Below are positions 27,110-40,790 of a stretch of DNA of 64,000 nt, one piece after another; position 1 is the first letter of the stretch; each line of letters begins with the position of its first letter. Under the pieces are notes generated by a model. That model was given only the letters and a program-made list of their open reading frames with translations, ran no database searches and was not told the origin of the DNA. The position numbers were made by a program, and so were the translations under genes. The DNA is from Octopus sinensis. Its lineage: Eukaryota. The DNA is taken from NCBI RefSeq assembly GCF_006345805.1, contig NC_043000.1:45012001-45076000 (forward strand). The letters are read 5' to 3'.

Positions 27110-27860
27110 GGTGGGTGAAGAACGTATCCAAAGTTGTTTGTTGTTTATGACACATCATCACTGTGTTGAGCTCAGTATAGGAACTAAACTCTTGTAATTT
27201 TTATGTTACATTCACGATAAGGATCAGTATCAGCAAAAACCTGCAGGCTTTGCCCTATAAGTGCCATCCCTTTAGTAATAATTTTTGTTGCCAATTTAAT
27301 TAGTGTAGGTGGAACTTTCATTCCCTTATCTGTATTGTTGGCTTGTTCTTTTTCCAACATCAGCTCCTTTCTTTCTTGGACATTATCAATTCGTTCACAT
27401 CATCCTCTATGAGTTTTTCAAATTCTACATCCTTTGCAAGTCTCACAATACCTTTATAAATTTGATGTAGAGTTTCTACTTGAGGAAACCTGCAAAGTTA
27501 CAGATATAGTGTTGCCATATACTTTCTGAAGCACTTTTCAAAAGTGAAGGATTCACTTCAACCCATCACTCAGTTATATTATCCACAGCATCCATTATGT
27601 TGTATGGCTTCCAGAAATCTCTAACTGTAAATTGCTTTCATATATTGTTTACAAGTTCTCATATAATATGGCTTGAAGTTTACTATCACACCCTGATCCA
27701 TAGGCTGAAGTAAAGAAGTTGTATTCTTGGGGAAATATTCTACTCTCACATTATTAGAAGGATAATCTACATTTGCTTGGTGGATCTGCGCATTATTGAA
27801 AAGAAGATTTGCCAGATTTTATAGACAATTTGCCCCTTGAACTTCTGATTTAAGGTATAA
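27110..27860 (-). mobile_element. pogo/Tigger (DDE_1) transposase C-terminal remnant
   Basis: NVRVEYFPKNTTSLLQPMDQGVIVNFKPYY and terminal QTTLDTFF, with frameshifts and stops. Confidence 0.85.
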
Positions 27861-28503
27861 ATATATACACACACACACTTACACAAACATTCACACATGC
27901 ATACACATGCATATGTTGGTGTACATGCTCATGTCTGTTGTAGCTATCTGGATTCAAAAGTTGGTGGGTTAACAGTGGAGAGTGATGTGGAATACATTGG
28001 TTTAGATGCTAGTGATAATGGGCAGGTATTGTTGGTATAATAGTAATTCTTGCTTCTTGTATTGTAGTGGCTGTTTAGTCTCAAGTCCATCTTCATAGAC
28101 CTAAGATCAAAGAAATTTTATTAAATTTTAAAATACACTAGGGTACCCTTATTATATGTTTATATTTGAAATGGATTTGCTTATCTACTTCACACTGTAT
28201 AGTATTATTGCTGATAGTGGTTGTGTTTGTGATGATGACAGAAACACACATGCACACACATATATGTACATGAACACATACATACACATTCATTTATATA
28301 TATATATACATACATATATCATCATCATCATCATCATCATCATATAACGTCTGTTGTCCATGCTGGTATGGGTTGGACAGTTTGACCAGGGTTGGTATGC
28401 TGAGGGGTTCCACCAGACTCTAGTCTGATTTGGCATGGTTTCTACTGTTGAATGCTCTTCCTAATGCCATGCATGTATGTATGAGTGTATGTATATATGT
28501 ATG

Positions 28504-28544
<41 letters not shown>

Positions 28545-28548
<4 letters not shown>

Positions 28549-28800
28549 TAGAAATATGTTACGAAAAGAAAATATAAAATACACGTGGAAATGTAAGGGT
28601 AAAATATGAAAAATCAACGAAAATGCATATTTCAAATAGAAAAAGGCTCTTTATGACAAGTAGTGACAAATATATACATTTAGATTGACTGTGGTAGTAA
28701 TACGAGTCATAAAGGTCATTATTATGAGATGATTATAAGATGATAATAAAGTAAGAGAACAAAACGAACCAGTGGTTTACACAAAGGCTATTCATATATA
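28545..28800 (-). mobile_element. Possible decayed PLE pLTR
   Basis: 9-bp stem CTTTATGAC/GTCATAAAG followed by GAAATATGCAT on the minus strand; bounded by (TA)n. Confidence 0.3.
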
Positions 28801-29469
28801 TATACTCACATTACATGTGTGTGTATGCATGAGTGTAATGTGATAAAAATTTTCCAAAATCATTAACTATATACTTTGATCTTAACTAAAGTGTAAGTGG
28901 CCATTGAGCTAAGCGGAAAGTATTGTTTTAAATTGTTAACAATTTAAAACTATGCAATAAGGAATTTCCATAAGAGGGAAATTACAGACCATATCTTTAG
29001 AATTACTGGTCATAGTTTACAATTTCCATATGTAGGAATTCCTTAGCCTGAGGTAGTCAGAATGTGGGGTATCCTTGTAATGCATGTTATCTATAAGAAA
29101 TGAATAACAATGACTTTTATAAGAAATATGTATGTTTCTGTGTAAGTGAATACATTTACTACTATATAACAAGTTCATGCTTCTTTGTAACTTGTGAGGT
29201 TCAATTACCAATAAATATTTCAAGAGGGTTTCACTAAAAATCTCTTGTTAAGCAAATGTAGAAAGGATATTTATGTGTACCAAAATAATACAGAGACACA
29301 TATCAGAGCTTGTATTTGTTTAGACACACGTGTGCGTAAGCACACACAAGCATGCACATACACACCCATATCATATGTGTGTGTGTGTGTGTGCGTATAT
29401 ATACACACACATGTATACATCCATACATTCATTCAAATATACATGCGAACATACATATGTGCAAATACA

Positions 29470-29800
29470 TATGAAGGTTCTATAGATATTGTTGATAGCT
29501 TTTGTAACCTAGGAAACCTAATCAGCTGTGAAAGAAGGGATTCTCTTGCCAAGTAAGAAAGCATGATTTTATGATACTTGTGTGCAAACTTAAGTGCAGA
29601 GAGTTTGTGAAGTTTGGAAAGACATGAAGCAAATATCATGTGTTGCATGAGTAATATTAGTGTGCATGAATGCATGAAAGACAGCTGCATGGTATGAGGT
29701 TATTCATATGGAAAATGACAGGTATGGGATGAAGTGTCAGGAGTTTCATGTGGATTGAGTATGTGGAAAAGAAAGTGGCAAAAACTGATCTTGGTTTGCC
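29470..29800 (+). mobile_element. RTE LINE 3'-region remnant
   Basis: IDIVDSFCNLGNLISCE and WYEVIHMENDRYGMKC resemble the RTE C-terminal region. Confidence 0.6.
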
Positions 29801-30317
29801 ACGATGCAGGATGCTGTATTGGGAGGACCCAACTGAATTACGCAAGTATGGGGATAGGGATATAGAATTGATATAAGATAACTTATAAATGTTCAAGAAA
29901 CATAAAATAATTCTTTTTTTGGAACTGGGTCTTGAAGTACATATAAAACTATAAGCAATGGTCTCAAATATTAGCTCAGGTCCAGCAGTTTCAAGAGAGC
30001 AGATAAATCACTTACCCCAGTGCTCATTTGTTAATTATTTTATAAATCCACCAAAAAGATATAGAGCTTGTCAAGCTGGTGTCTTCTGTCTACAAGAGAT
30101 ACAGGTTCAAGTTTCATGATCAACTCTGACTTTTTATTTTAAAAGAATTTTTCAACCCAATATTTACATGCTGCTATTAATAGCTGTATGTGTGTATGAG
30201 TTGTCAATTCAAAGAACAAGCAATTAAAAAACAGAGAAAAAAGAAAAGAGAAAAAAAACGAGCATGTGGACATGCACAAGAAATATATTAATTTGATGCT
30301 TGGTGAAGGTAGAGAGT

Positions 30318-30352
30318 TGTTAACATTTTGAGCATAGTTCTTCGTCAGAAAG
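30318..30352 (-). ncRNA. Decayed minimal hammerhead motif
   Basis: Reverse complement CTGACGA-AGAAC-TAT-GCTC-AAAATGTTAAC; GAAAC has become AAAAT. Confidence 0.45.
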
Positions 30353-30602
30353 AGAAAAGTCCAAAGAGAAAGAAGGAAAAATTACCAGTATTTGTGTGTG
30401 TAAATGTAAACAAATATTTGTTTTTGTTAGAACCGTTGAAATGTGTATTGAACGTTACAAATAAGAAGATGATATATATGTGTGTGTGAGTGTGTGTAAG
30501 TATTTACATATATATATGTGTATATGTATGTATATATATTTATATATATGTACACACACACGCACACACACATTCATATATATATATACACACACACACA
30601 CA

Positions 30603-30661
<59 letters not shown>

Positions 30662-30767
30662 GTGTGTCTGTGTGTGTGTAAAAAGTACAGAGTTGAGGAA
30701 GGTGAAAACGCAAATCCTAGGCAGTCAAACAAATTCCCGAATGCATGAGATATTCAATCAATGTAAC

Positions 30768-30833
30768 TGAATCATATATATTTATATACATCAACATGAA
30801 TCATATATATTTATATACATCAACATAAATCAT
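30768..30833. repeat. 29-bp tandem duplication
   Basis: TGAATCATATATATTTATATACATCAACA twice plus a partial copy. Confidence 0.9.
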
Positions 30834-31319
30834 GCATGTATAGTAGCTATAAAAGAGTCATATGATAATATACATCACAGCTTGAAACTGCCTTGTGTCT
30901 CATTGAATTCTGTTAAATTGTTCAACCCACACCAGCATAGAAGAGAGATATTAAATGATAATTATGATGATGATGATGATGACGATGATGATGATGATGC
31001 TACAGAAGTGCCAGCATGGTTGATCTGTTAGGATGTTTGATTCACCACTACATTGTCTTAAGCTAAATCCAACTTTGTGACACCCTGGCCAAGTGTTTCT
31101 TTTCTTTAGCTTTAGGCTAAAGTAAAATGTGATTGACAAAAATCTTTCTCATTATATGAGATATGAACTGAGATCTTAGATGAAGTCCTTCACTGGTTAA
31201 GCTCTAAACTATATCTATTTCATATTGTGTTACTGCAATATGATTTCTTTTTTTTTGCATTTATTTATTTTTGTCTTTATGACAGCATTAAGGTCATATT
31301 ACTAAACATGCTGAAATAA

Positions 31320-31495
31320 GGTGGCGAGCAGGCAGAATCACTAGCATGCTAAACCAATTGCTTTGCAGCATTTCGCCTGTCTTTATGTTCTGAGTGCAAA
31401 TTCCACCAAGGTCTATGAAATAAGTACCAGTTGAGCACTAGGGTCAATGTAATCGATAAGCTCCATTTACCCCCAAAATTTCAGGCTATGATAAA
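31320..31495 (+). mobile_element. SINE family B, degenerate
   Basis: GGTGGCGAGCAGGCAGAATCACTAGCA...AATAAGTACCAGTTGAGCACTAGGGTCAAT. Confidence 0.8.
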
Positions 31496-32213
31496 AAGGA
31501 TTAAATATAAAGAACTTATAAATGTGGGTGATATTTTGCAATGTGATATACAACAGGTAAACTTCAAATATGGAAATCATTTAGTTATTATATGTAAAAT
31601 TTTGATATTCATAACCCAACGTCTTCCAGAATCATTTTAAGTATGAGGAGAAAGTTTCCAAATAAAATATTGAAAATTACACTTTAATGTAGGATATTTT
31701 TAAATTAACAAATTTTCAGGAAACTCATTTTCTTATATTCTTTATCGTTCACCTCATTAAAGTGCAGTTTGGGGAAGTAAGTAATAATATGTAATTGAAA
31801 ACATCTTCCTACTTGAAAGTAATCATGTATAAGCATAGCATTAACTTTAACAGCTTTAATTCCTGTCGCTTTAGATATTTAGTAAATTTTTTGTTTTAAT
31901 TCTAATTTAGGTGGTTGAAATCAACAGTGACATTCATGTGTCTTACACTAGACAAAAATTTTTTGTAACTAAATTGATTTCTAAAAATGGGAGATCTGTC
32001 TTTCTTAATTATAAAAATATTAGGATCAAACTACTTAATACAGTAAATCCACTGAAATGGAAAGATAAAAATGAGGGTTTTTTTTTGCATTCAATTTTAC
32101 AAAGTGTGAGTGGAACCCATGGTAATAATTCATCTACTTAGACAATTGGGTAGAAATAAGTACATGTAGCAATAGCTGCTTCTTTTATGTTGTGTGAAGT
32201 AAGGAAGATCAGA

Positions 32214-32428
32214 AATTCTTTCCACTATAGGCACTAAGCCTGAAATTTTGGGAGAAGCAGCTGGACAATTAGATTGACCCCCAGTGCTTAACTGGTACTT
32301 ATTTCATCAACTCCAAAAATATGGAAGGATAAGTTGACTGCAAAAGAATTTGAACTTAGAACATAGAGATGGATGAAATACTGCTAAGCATTTTGTTTGG
32401 TTTGATAACAATTCTGCCTGCTCCCCAC
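32214..32428 (-). mobile_element. SINE family B, degenerate
   Basis: CCCCAGTGCTTAACTGGTACTTATTT...GAATTTGAACTTAGAAC. Confidence 0.8.
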
Positions 32429-35400
32429 TCTAGTAGTGAAATAGAAAGAAAAGAAATATAAGGGAAAAATATAGATGAGAAAACAGTTCCAAAGGGGCCA
32501 GTGTTCAGGCAAAGAAGCATTGAGCAGTATGTGTCATATGTGATTTACAGCAACATTTACAAATAAGATTCATTAATAATACATCAAATATAATATTAGG
32601 TTGTTATTAGATAGGAAATATTTTTCTCATTCGAATTTATATATAATTATGTAATATTAAAATGGAAGCAAAAGTGTTTTGATTAATTTATGAATTATGT
32701 TTACTGAAAAATTCTTCTTTGAAGGTATTTGTGTGTGTGTGTGTGTGTGTACTTGCTTCTGCCCATATACACTTTCATCACCACATTTCTCTGGACATCA
32801 CGTTCATATGAAAATATAAAAGCAGGCCACCATATTCCTTTAGGGAACTCATAACGGAAGAGAGCTGGGATTCTTTGTAATACCACTGATGAGTTCATCC
32901 ATTTTATTTTAATGATGGGAAGAATATTTTTTCTTCTCTTCTTCATTTACTTTCTAGTAATGATAATTAAATTCAACTGTTGAACTATATTTAATTCATT
33001 CCTTATTTAATAGCAGTTAATAACAAATGGTGAGGTTCAAACCACATTTTGGAATGATGATTTTCTCTTTTTAACAACCAAATATATAAAAGCTAGATTA
33101 GATATGAATATACAGTTGAATTTTAATTAAAATTACTGCAGCGTATATTAAAAAGAAATGAATTTTCTCCTGCTCATTAAAGTAAAATAGAGTAATCAGA
33201 TGTGTTCTGGTTAAGTTTATTTTCAAATGTATACGTTTGAGATGTTGCTTAAAAGGTTAAATAAAATTTCATTGTAAATAAAGTAATTGCAATACACTCT
33301 TAAAAACTGATTCATTGCTGTGGTTCCATGGTATTAATCAGAAAAGATATAGATCTTCCTTTGGATAGAGAATTGGTGACCATCTATCCCTACATCATGG
33401 TGGAAGCTGGTCCATATGTGAGATGAGTTAAACATGAATTATTCACAGTCTGAATCAGCTTCACTTGAGGAAATGAACCCAGCACTACAAGCTAACAGAC
33501 AACTTAATATTTATTAGCAATTCAATGTAATTACCAATGGTACTTATTTTTAGAAAATTAAATTGAGTAATTAAGAGTTAAATGTCTTGACCAAAGAGAC
33601 TATGCTGTGATAAATAAATCTGAACATGACTGCTAATCTCTTAGCCAGCAGTCCATTATCCTATGTGGTTGGTTATCCTTATCTCACATGTAGAGAGATA
33701 TTATATTCTGTGACATATTCATGAAACTGTTATTTATTCTTGACTGCTAGATGAAGTATGGCAAACATAATTAAATGCAGTATTCAAAACATAAACGAAA
33801 TATTTGCAGTGGATTTGAACAATTGTCTATGGGCAGGTACTTGTAAGTTCTATTAGTTAACAAATCTTTTTATTGCTTACGCATGAAGGGAAAAGCAGTA
33901 ACAAACCCTTTATTGCTGACAGGTGCTCCAAGACTGGAGGAAAGAAGAGCAAATGTTACCTGAAATCAGAAATCTGGCCCAAATGCTTGCAATAGAATGA
34001 GTTCCACCAAAAGTACTCAAGGGTTAGGTGGTGGTGAAACACAGGGCAATAGAAAACTTCTACTAATCAAGAATTCAAAATTGTGTTTTTTTAGGTAACA
34101 TAGAATATACTTTGTAAAGTAAAACATCTCTCAACAATGTCATTGTATAAAAAACATCTCGTGAGCTTTTGATTAGGAATTGAAATAAATGGGATGTAAT
34201 GCTTTAATAACAGGATTATTTTTTAGAAGATAAAACTTGATATCCTAACATCAAACATGTGCTGGCATCATTAATCTGTGCAATTATATAAATAAATGGT
34301 ATTTGATGGAATATAGTTTTACCATTTTACATTCAGAGATCAAGTCCCCCCACTAGAGGTGGTGTTAAATTTTGTTTTTCATGTTTCATTGAATTAGTAC
34401 AATAATGAGGTTAACCTAATTGATTGCATCCCTCACATAAATAATGTCTGGCCTTAAGTCAATAGCCCAAATCATCAAATATAAACACCACTATCAAAAC
34501 ATAAATACCACCATTATATTGCATTATGGTCCAATTCAGTGATGTAGGGTACCTATATATTACCATTCCATCCACTAGAGATAACAAGGACCAAATGTTC
34601 TTGAAATCGCACTTTATGATCTTAAAGAACATGTCCATTGGATAATGTGTTCCAAAGTTCTCTGTTCAGTGGAGAAAATGAAATGATCATGGCTAGAATA
34701 CATTTTGATTATAGATCTATTGGGTGAGGAATGTCCTAGGGCTAAACATCATCAACTCAAATATTGTTCAATGTTTCTGAGATTTATCTTTCACAAAAAT
34801 TATCACATAAGTAATCTATGATTTAATAACACTTCACAGATTTTTGAATAACCATAATTTAGTTTACATGTGTAAGGTTGATTGATTCTCATGCAAAATT
34901 ATATCTTCGTGTTTGTATTATTTTCTCCCAACATGTGATATTGACTTACTGTAGATCAATAATATTAAGTTTATTTCAAAGCTCTCTCATTTTATTCTAG
35001 ATTTAGTTATTTTGTTTTTGATTTTATTTACACAATTCTAATAATATTGACTTCATGTAATCAATATACTGCAGTCCAGAAAGAACCAAAATAGAGATCA
35101 GTCACCAGTATATGTGCATATTCTTTGCTTTTTCTTATATTTAAAAATTTCGTATTATTTTTTTTTTTCACACAAAACACACACCTTTTAATATGTATTT
35201 TCCTTTGTAATCTAAATAAAATTATTCACACTTAAGTTTTGTTGAAACTGAATTTGAAAAAGTTGTTGATTTTTTTTTTTTTTTTTTTTGAAGTTGGTTA
35301 AAAATCAAGAACACCAAGATATATATACGATAGTTAAAAATGGAAAGCTTACACAAAATCAAAATAGATTGTAACTAAAAATGTTTGCAATTCTCTTCTA

Positions 35401-36190
35401 TGCAACCCCAAATTAAATTAAACAGTTACCAACATAAAATTAGCTCTTTTATACAACACAAAATATTCTATTTAAATGTTTTTAAATTACAATTTTTAAA
35501 TTCAATTTTCACTTTATTTTAGGTTGCAGATCTTGTATGTATAAAGTAAAATGTGAGATATAATTCAGTAGTATGTATTTCTTTTGAAATTTTAATCATA
35601 TAAAAATGGTTTCAACAAAAATATTCATATTTGATGTAATGTTTGTTGTTTAGCCTGAGGTCACTACTGATTAGACAAACATATCAACCAAGATGTTCCA
35701 GATGTCTTTCTTTTATAATGCATCAGGTATCCAGCATTACAAAATCAATTTCATTCTTTCTCAGTATATCGGAGTATGAATTTAGGCAGCTATAGCTGCT
35801 ATTTCTAGAGGCTCTTTATAGAACCACTTCCTTTATAAATTATATATATCTTCCACCACCTCTCCTTCCTCCTTCCTTCTCCTCGTCATCATCATCATCA
35901 TCATCATCATCACCGATACCAACCCAAGTATTTCTACTTCTCAACACATACAAACACGCACACACACACACATATATATATAGTAGTCAGAGTAAGGACA
36001 GGGTGAGAAAAGATCAGAAAGCTGTTAATCTGCAGATGAGAAATAAACTTGTATATGAATGAAAGGCAGAGTGTATGATACTGTTGTAAGAAGTGTGGTG
36101 TAGCGTGGCATGGTAACAAAATATGAATAGTGATAACAGAGAATGTGCTGGAGAACATATATATATGTATATACACACACACCACAAAAA

Positions 36191-36412
36191 CGAGGGGGGG
36201 CTGAAAAGTTCCAGGCTTTAAGGGTATTGCAAAAGGCCTGGTTGAAGGATCAATCTTCTGAGTCATTTTACAAGGCTTAGAAAAACTGAAGGACCGCTGC
36301 CAATAAGTGTATGCATCTGATATGGGAATATGTTGAATAGAATCTTATATAACTGACTCTGCTTTATTTTCTTTTACCTAAAGCCAAGAATTTTCAGTAC
36401 CTTTTGGTTTAC
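36191..36412 (+). mobile_element. Mariner-derived MITE
   Basis: TIR-like CGAGGGGGGGCTGAAAAGTTCCAGGCTTT / AAAGCCAAGAATTTTCAGTACC; internal GLEKLKDRC...GEYVE*-like mariner C-terminus. Confidence 0.8.
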
Positions 36413-36442
36413 GTATGTGTGTGTGTATACATATATGTTAAT

Positions 36443-36476
<34 letters not shown>

Positions 36477-36703
36477 GTAAGCAGTATTAGATAGCAATTG
36501 ACATTAATAAATTCATCTGTCTTTTGATAGGTTTTGCTTTTCATCCTACTGGGTACCCAGTCATTCTCCTTACTGAGTAAGCTTAGTGAGGTTGCCAGTT
36601 TGTTTGCCAATGGTCTAATCATGCAGCAGGTTGTACTGGAATATATGTTACCAGTAGCACATACATACATACATACATACATACATACATACATACATAC
36701 ATA

Positions 36704-37260
36704 CCTGACATAACAATTTGCGGTAGAGAAGAGAAACTGTGTATAGTTGTGAAAATCGTCTGCCAATGGATGTTAAAATAAATTTAAAGATCAATAGATC
36801 AACGGAAAAAATTACCTATGCTGAACAATTGAGTAATCTACAGCTACTCTATCCAGATTACAAGTTCAAGTTTATACCTGTAATTATTGGGCTCCAGTGA
36901 TATGTAAAGCACTGCCTAAATATGAATCTCAAGAAGTTAGGTTTCTCAGAAGCAAAAAGGAGAAAGCTGATTTGAGGATTACAGATCCAGTCCATCACTG
37001 GAACTGTAAAAGTCTGTAAAAATTTCCAGAAGTTTATCATTTAAGTATATATGAGCACGTCTAGATATGCAACTATATGATATGAGAATACATACATAAA
37101 ACAGAACATGCAAATCTGCACATATACATACATACATACATACATACATACATACAAAATACCCTCTTTATGTTGTTGATATTCCAGTGAAGGAGTCTTG
37201 GATCTAGGTTAGAAATTGACCCTTTCTCTATTGGCAAAAAATCTTGAAATAAAACAATGA
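36704..37260 (+). mobile_element. REL-endonuclease LINE (R4/CRE-like) 3' end, flanked and interrupted by (CATA)n
   Basis: PDITICGREEKLCIV...LQLLYPDYKFKFIPVIIG...LQIQSITGTVKVCK then 3' UTR. Confidence 0.75.
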
Positions 37261-38239
37261 CATACATACATACATACATACATACATACATACATACATA
37301 CATACATACATACATACATACATACTATGTGTATGTGTGCATCTCCTTCCCCTTGATATTTCATGATGATTGTAAACAATTGTCACATCATACATGTGGT
37401 GTCATTTGTTTGCAATCATGAAAAAAATAATCATCAACATTGTGCTGATTGTGCTTGAACAAGAGAAAACATTATGTTTTATGGAAATAGGTTAAAGTTG
37501 GCGACAGACAGAGCATCTGGTTATAGAATATGTGCCACAATGAATTAATAATGACCTACATAAGCATGGAAAAGTAAGCATTAAGGCAAAAGTTATGAGA
37601 ATCAGATGATAACAGCAGAAACACAATGTTTTACATCTGTTTATCCAGATGTATATGAATTGCACATGTGTTCTCCAGCACATTCTCTGTAATCACTATT
37701 CATATTTTGTTACCATGTCACATCTCACTTCTTACAACAGTATCATACACTCTGCCTTTCATTCATATAAAAATCTCTTTGTCATCTGCAGATTAACAGC
37801 TTCCTAATCTGTCCTTACTCTGACCTCTATGTTTCCTTGCAGCAACTATTTGTTCTCTAAAAGAATTTCAACCTTTTGGGATCTACTTGTATCAGTTCTT
37901 ATGCAATTTTTAGTTTAGTTTCTTTTCTTCTGCAGTTTCCTTCCATCTAGATCAGTTGTCACTTCATTTGACAATAGTCAGATTCCAAATGCATTACTGG
38001 CTCACAAGGCTCAGCTATTAGCAGTGAAGGAAGAAAACATAAAAGTAAAAGTAATAATGGGGTGGAAATATTGCAGGTAGCTATTTATCTGCAGATGACA
38101 AAGAGATTCTTTATCTGGTTGAAAGGTGGACTGTATGATACTTTGGTAGATAGTGCAATGTTGTATGGTATTAGTAAATGAATTGTGATTACAGAGAATA
38201 TACAAAGGCTAGAAAGAAACATGATAGCATATTTAGAAT

Positions 38240-40790
38240 ACCAGAATGATTGAGCACAAAAAGTTGAAACAAAATCTTGGTAAGAGAGGAATCTGATGTG
38301 ATGAGGAAAATTCTACTGCAAAACTATGAGAATTCATAACCTGAAGGAAGTTTACATTAATTTGTCTCAAATTTTCCTGGGTCTCTCTCTTCCACAGATT
38401 CCATCTACTCTTAGTGATTGGTAGTTTTTTGTGCAAATGTCCTCATTTTTACACATGACGTGACCATACCAGCACAGTTTTCTTTTTTCACATTACATCT
38501 GACATCTGTTTTGCTCCAAAATCTTTCAGCACAATTATCCTATGAGGACACTGACATTGCACATCAGCAGGGCATGATAGCTTCCTTTCTTTGTTGTCTT
38601 CACATCCCATCCGTATTCACAGACCAAATTTCACTACTGTGTAGTTTTGCTGTTTGGTCACAAGCATCATAAAATCTGCTTTTCACTCTGAGAAAGAGTC
38701 ATTTTGTTACCAATAAAGTCAATAATACTCTGAACTTTCTACAACCAGTTCTTATTCAAGTAACAATACTTTCAGAACATTCTCTTCTACTGCTAATTAG
38801 TTTATGTAATTAACAGAAACCTTCTACTAACTATAAGGTTCCTCTTAGGCACTTGAAAAATCTACTATTGCTGTGTTTATTGCACCTCACATTATTCACA
38901 AGCAATTCTTCCTTCTCTTTTAATCTTCTTGTAATTCTAATACACCTCTTATGTGTCCATAGTTTGTACTGGGTAAACTGTGATTACTACCACCATCTAT
39001 TCTACATCCAAGCAGAGCCATTTCCGGAAGATCTTGGTGGTTTGTCCTGTGTTTTTGCATACTAGAAATTTGACCTTTGCTAAGTTTAGTTTAAGGCATG
39101 TTGATTCTAGGTTTTGCTTCTGCACCTGGAATATCGTTTCTAATACTACAGATTCAGCCATAAGAACAAGGCCATCAGCATTACTGTTATGACCTGGAAG
39201 ACTTTAATAAACAGGAAATGAATGAAGGCCAAATCCTGATGACTTCCTACCAGCACACTAAATTCGTTGCTATAGTTATTGCTAACTCTCATTTTCCTGA
39301 CAATCCATCCCATGGTATGTCACTTGAATGGCTGTCACAAGCCATTTATCAGCTTTTAACTTCCACTGTAACCACCATATCAGGGTGTGAGACACTCTTC
39401 CAAAAGCTTTCTCTAAGTCAACAGGTACCAAATACAGCAGTCTACTTTTGGTTGATTACTTTGCAGGTGCCTTACTAGAATGACAGCATCAGTAGTACTT
39501 CTCCTCAACATAAAATTAAATTTCATCTCACATGGTATAATTATCTTCCTAATTAGTTGAACTGTAGCTCTTTCCATAACATTCATGACCTTATTCAGCA
39601 GTTTGGTACCTCTATAATTACTTCTATCAACACCATCTGCTTTACCCTTGTAACAGTTAATTAGAATGTTCCAATGCCAATTGTTGAGTATGATATCTTC
39701 CTGTAAAACATGATCAGATATACAGATGACTAGGCAGTTTCCCACTCTGTTAGATATATTAAGCTTTCCACTGGTATTTTCTGACGGATCAGGATGTTTC
39801 CTGTCTTCATAACCTTAATTCATTTACCTGTCATGCTGCTGTCAGCTAAAATGGCTGGTTCCTGTATTGGGTTCACATTTTGAAGACAACTTCTCCAATA
39901 CATTTTCACATTTATTTGCCATTCATAATAGCATATCAATGTCTCTTTCATTTTAGAGTTGCTAATTTCAGGACTATACTCAATTCTCTTCCACAACATC
40001 TAGATATTTCCTAATGTCCTGTCTTACAATCTGGGAAAATGCTTGTCTGATTCTCACACTACATAGCATTTTTAAACCTCTTCTTGTCTTCTCTCATTGA
40101 TACTTTGACCTGTCCCATAGCTTCTTTTCTAACTACCTCCATTCTTTCAGTCCCTCCAGGCTTGTTGCCTGTCTCTTTATTTTCAGGCTTTTGTCTACTT
40201 CACTGTTTCACCACCGAGTAACCCTTAGCATAACTGGGACTTCATATTAGTCACAAATTATGTCTGTTGCTCTCAGAAGTGTTCTCCAGTAAGAAGTTCC
40301 AGCTAGTCTCTATTTTATACATCTTTACTTCTTCCTCTATCTCATCAAATGCTTTAATTAGAACTTCCCTTAATCTCTGACTGTTCAATGGATCTTTTAA
40401 GTTTTTATATCTTACTTTATTAGATTGGGTTGTGTCTCAGAGTCCTTCCAACTTTAAGTTTGAAATTGCTAACTGTGTGGGATAATACCTTCTTCTCCAG
40501 GAAAAAATATTCCTATTCGAAACTATCTGTCCATTCCACTTTCTGGTAAGAATGTAGTCAATCTGGCTTGTGTGCCTACCACTTTGATAGATGATCAAGT
40601 GACTGGCTGGTTTGTGAAATTAGTATTACAGATAATTTGGTCTAGTGAAATTAGTATTGCAGACCAACTGCAACATCTTTGATCCCTACTTATTTTGGGA
40701 TCCAAGTTGGTTGCCTCCATGCACACCAAAGAATCATCCAGGATGCTGCCCATGTCCATTGAAATCACTGAACACAAATATAGGTTCATT
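38240..40790 (-). mobile_element. Degenerate RTE LINE (APE endonuclease plus RT)
   Basis: DFNGHGQHPG..GVHGG (APE); YKGKADGVDRSNYRGTKLL...FMLRRSTTDAVILVRHLQ (RT); GICGRERPRK at the 3' end. Confidence 0.88.
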
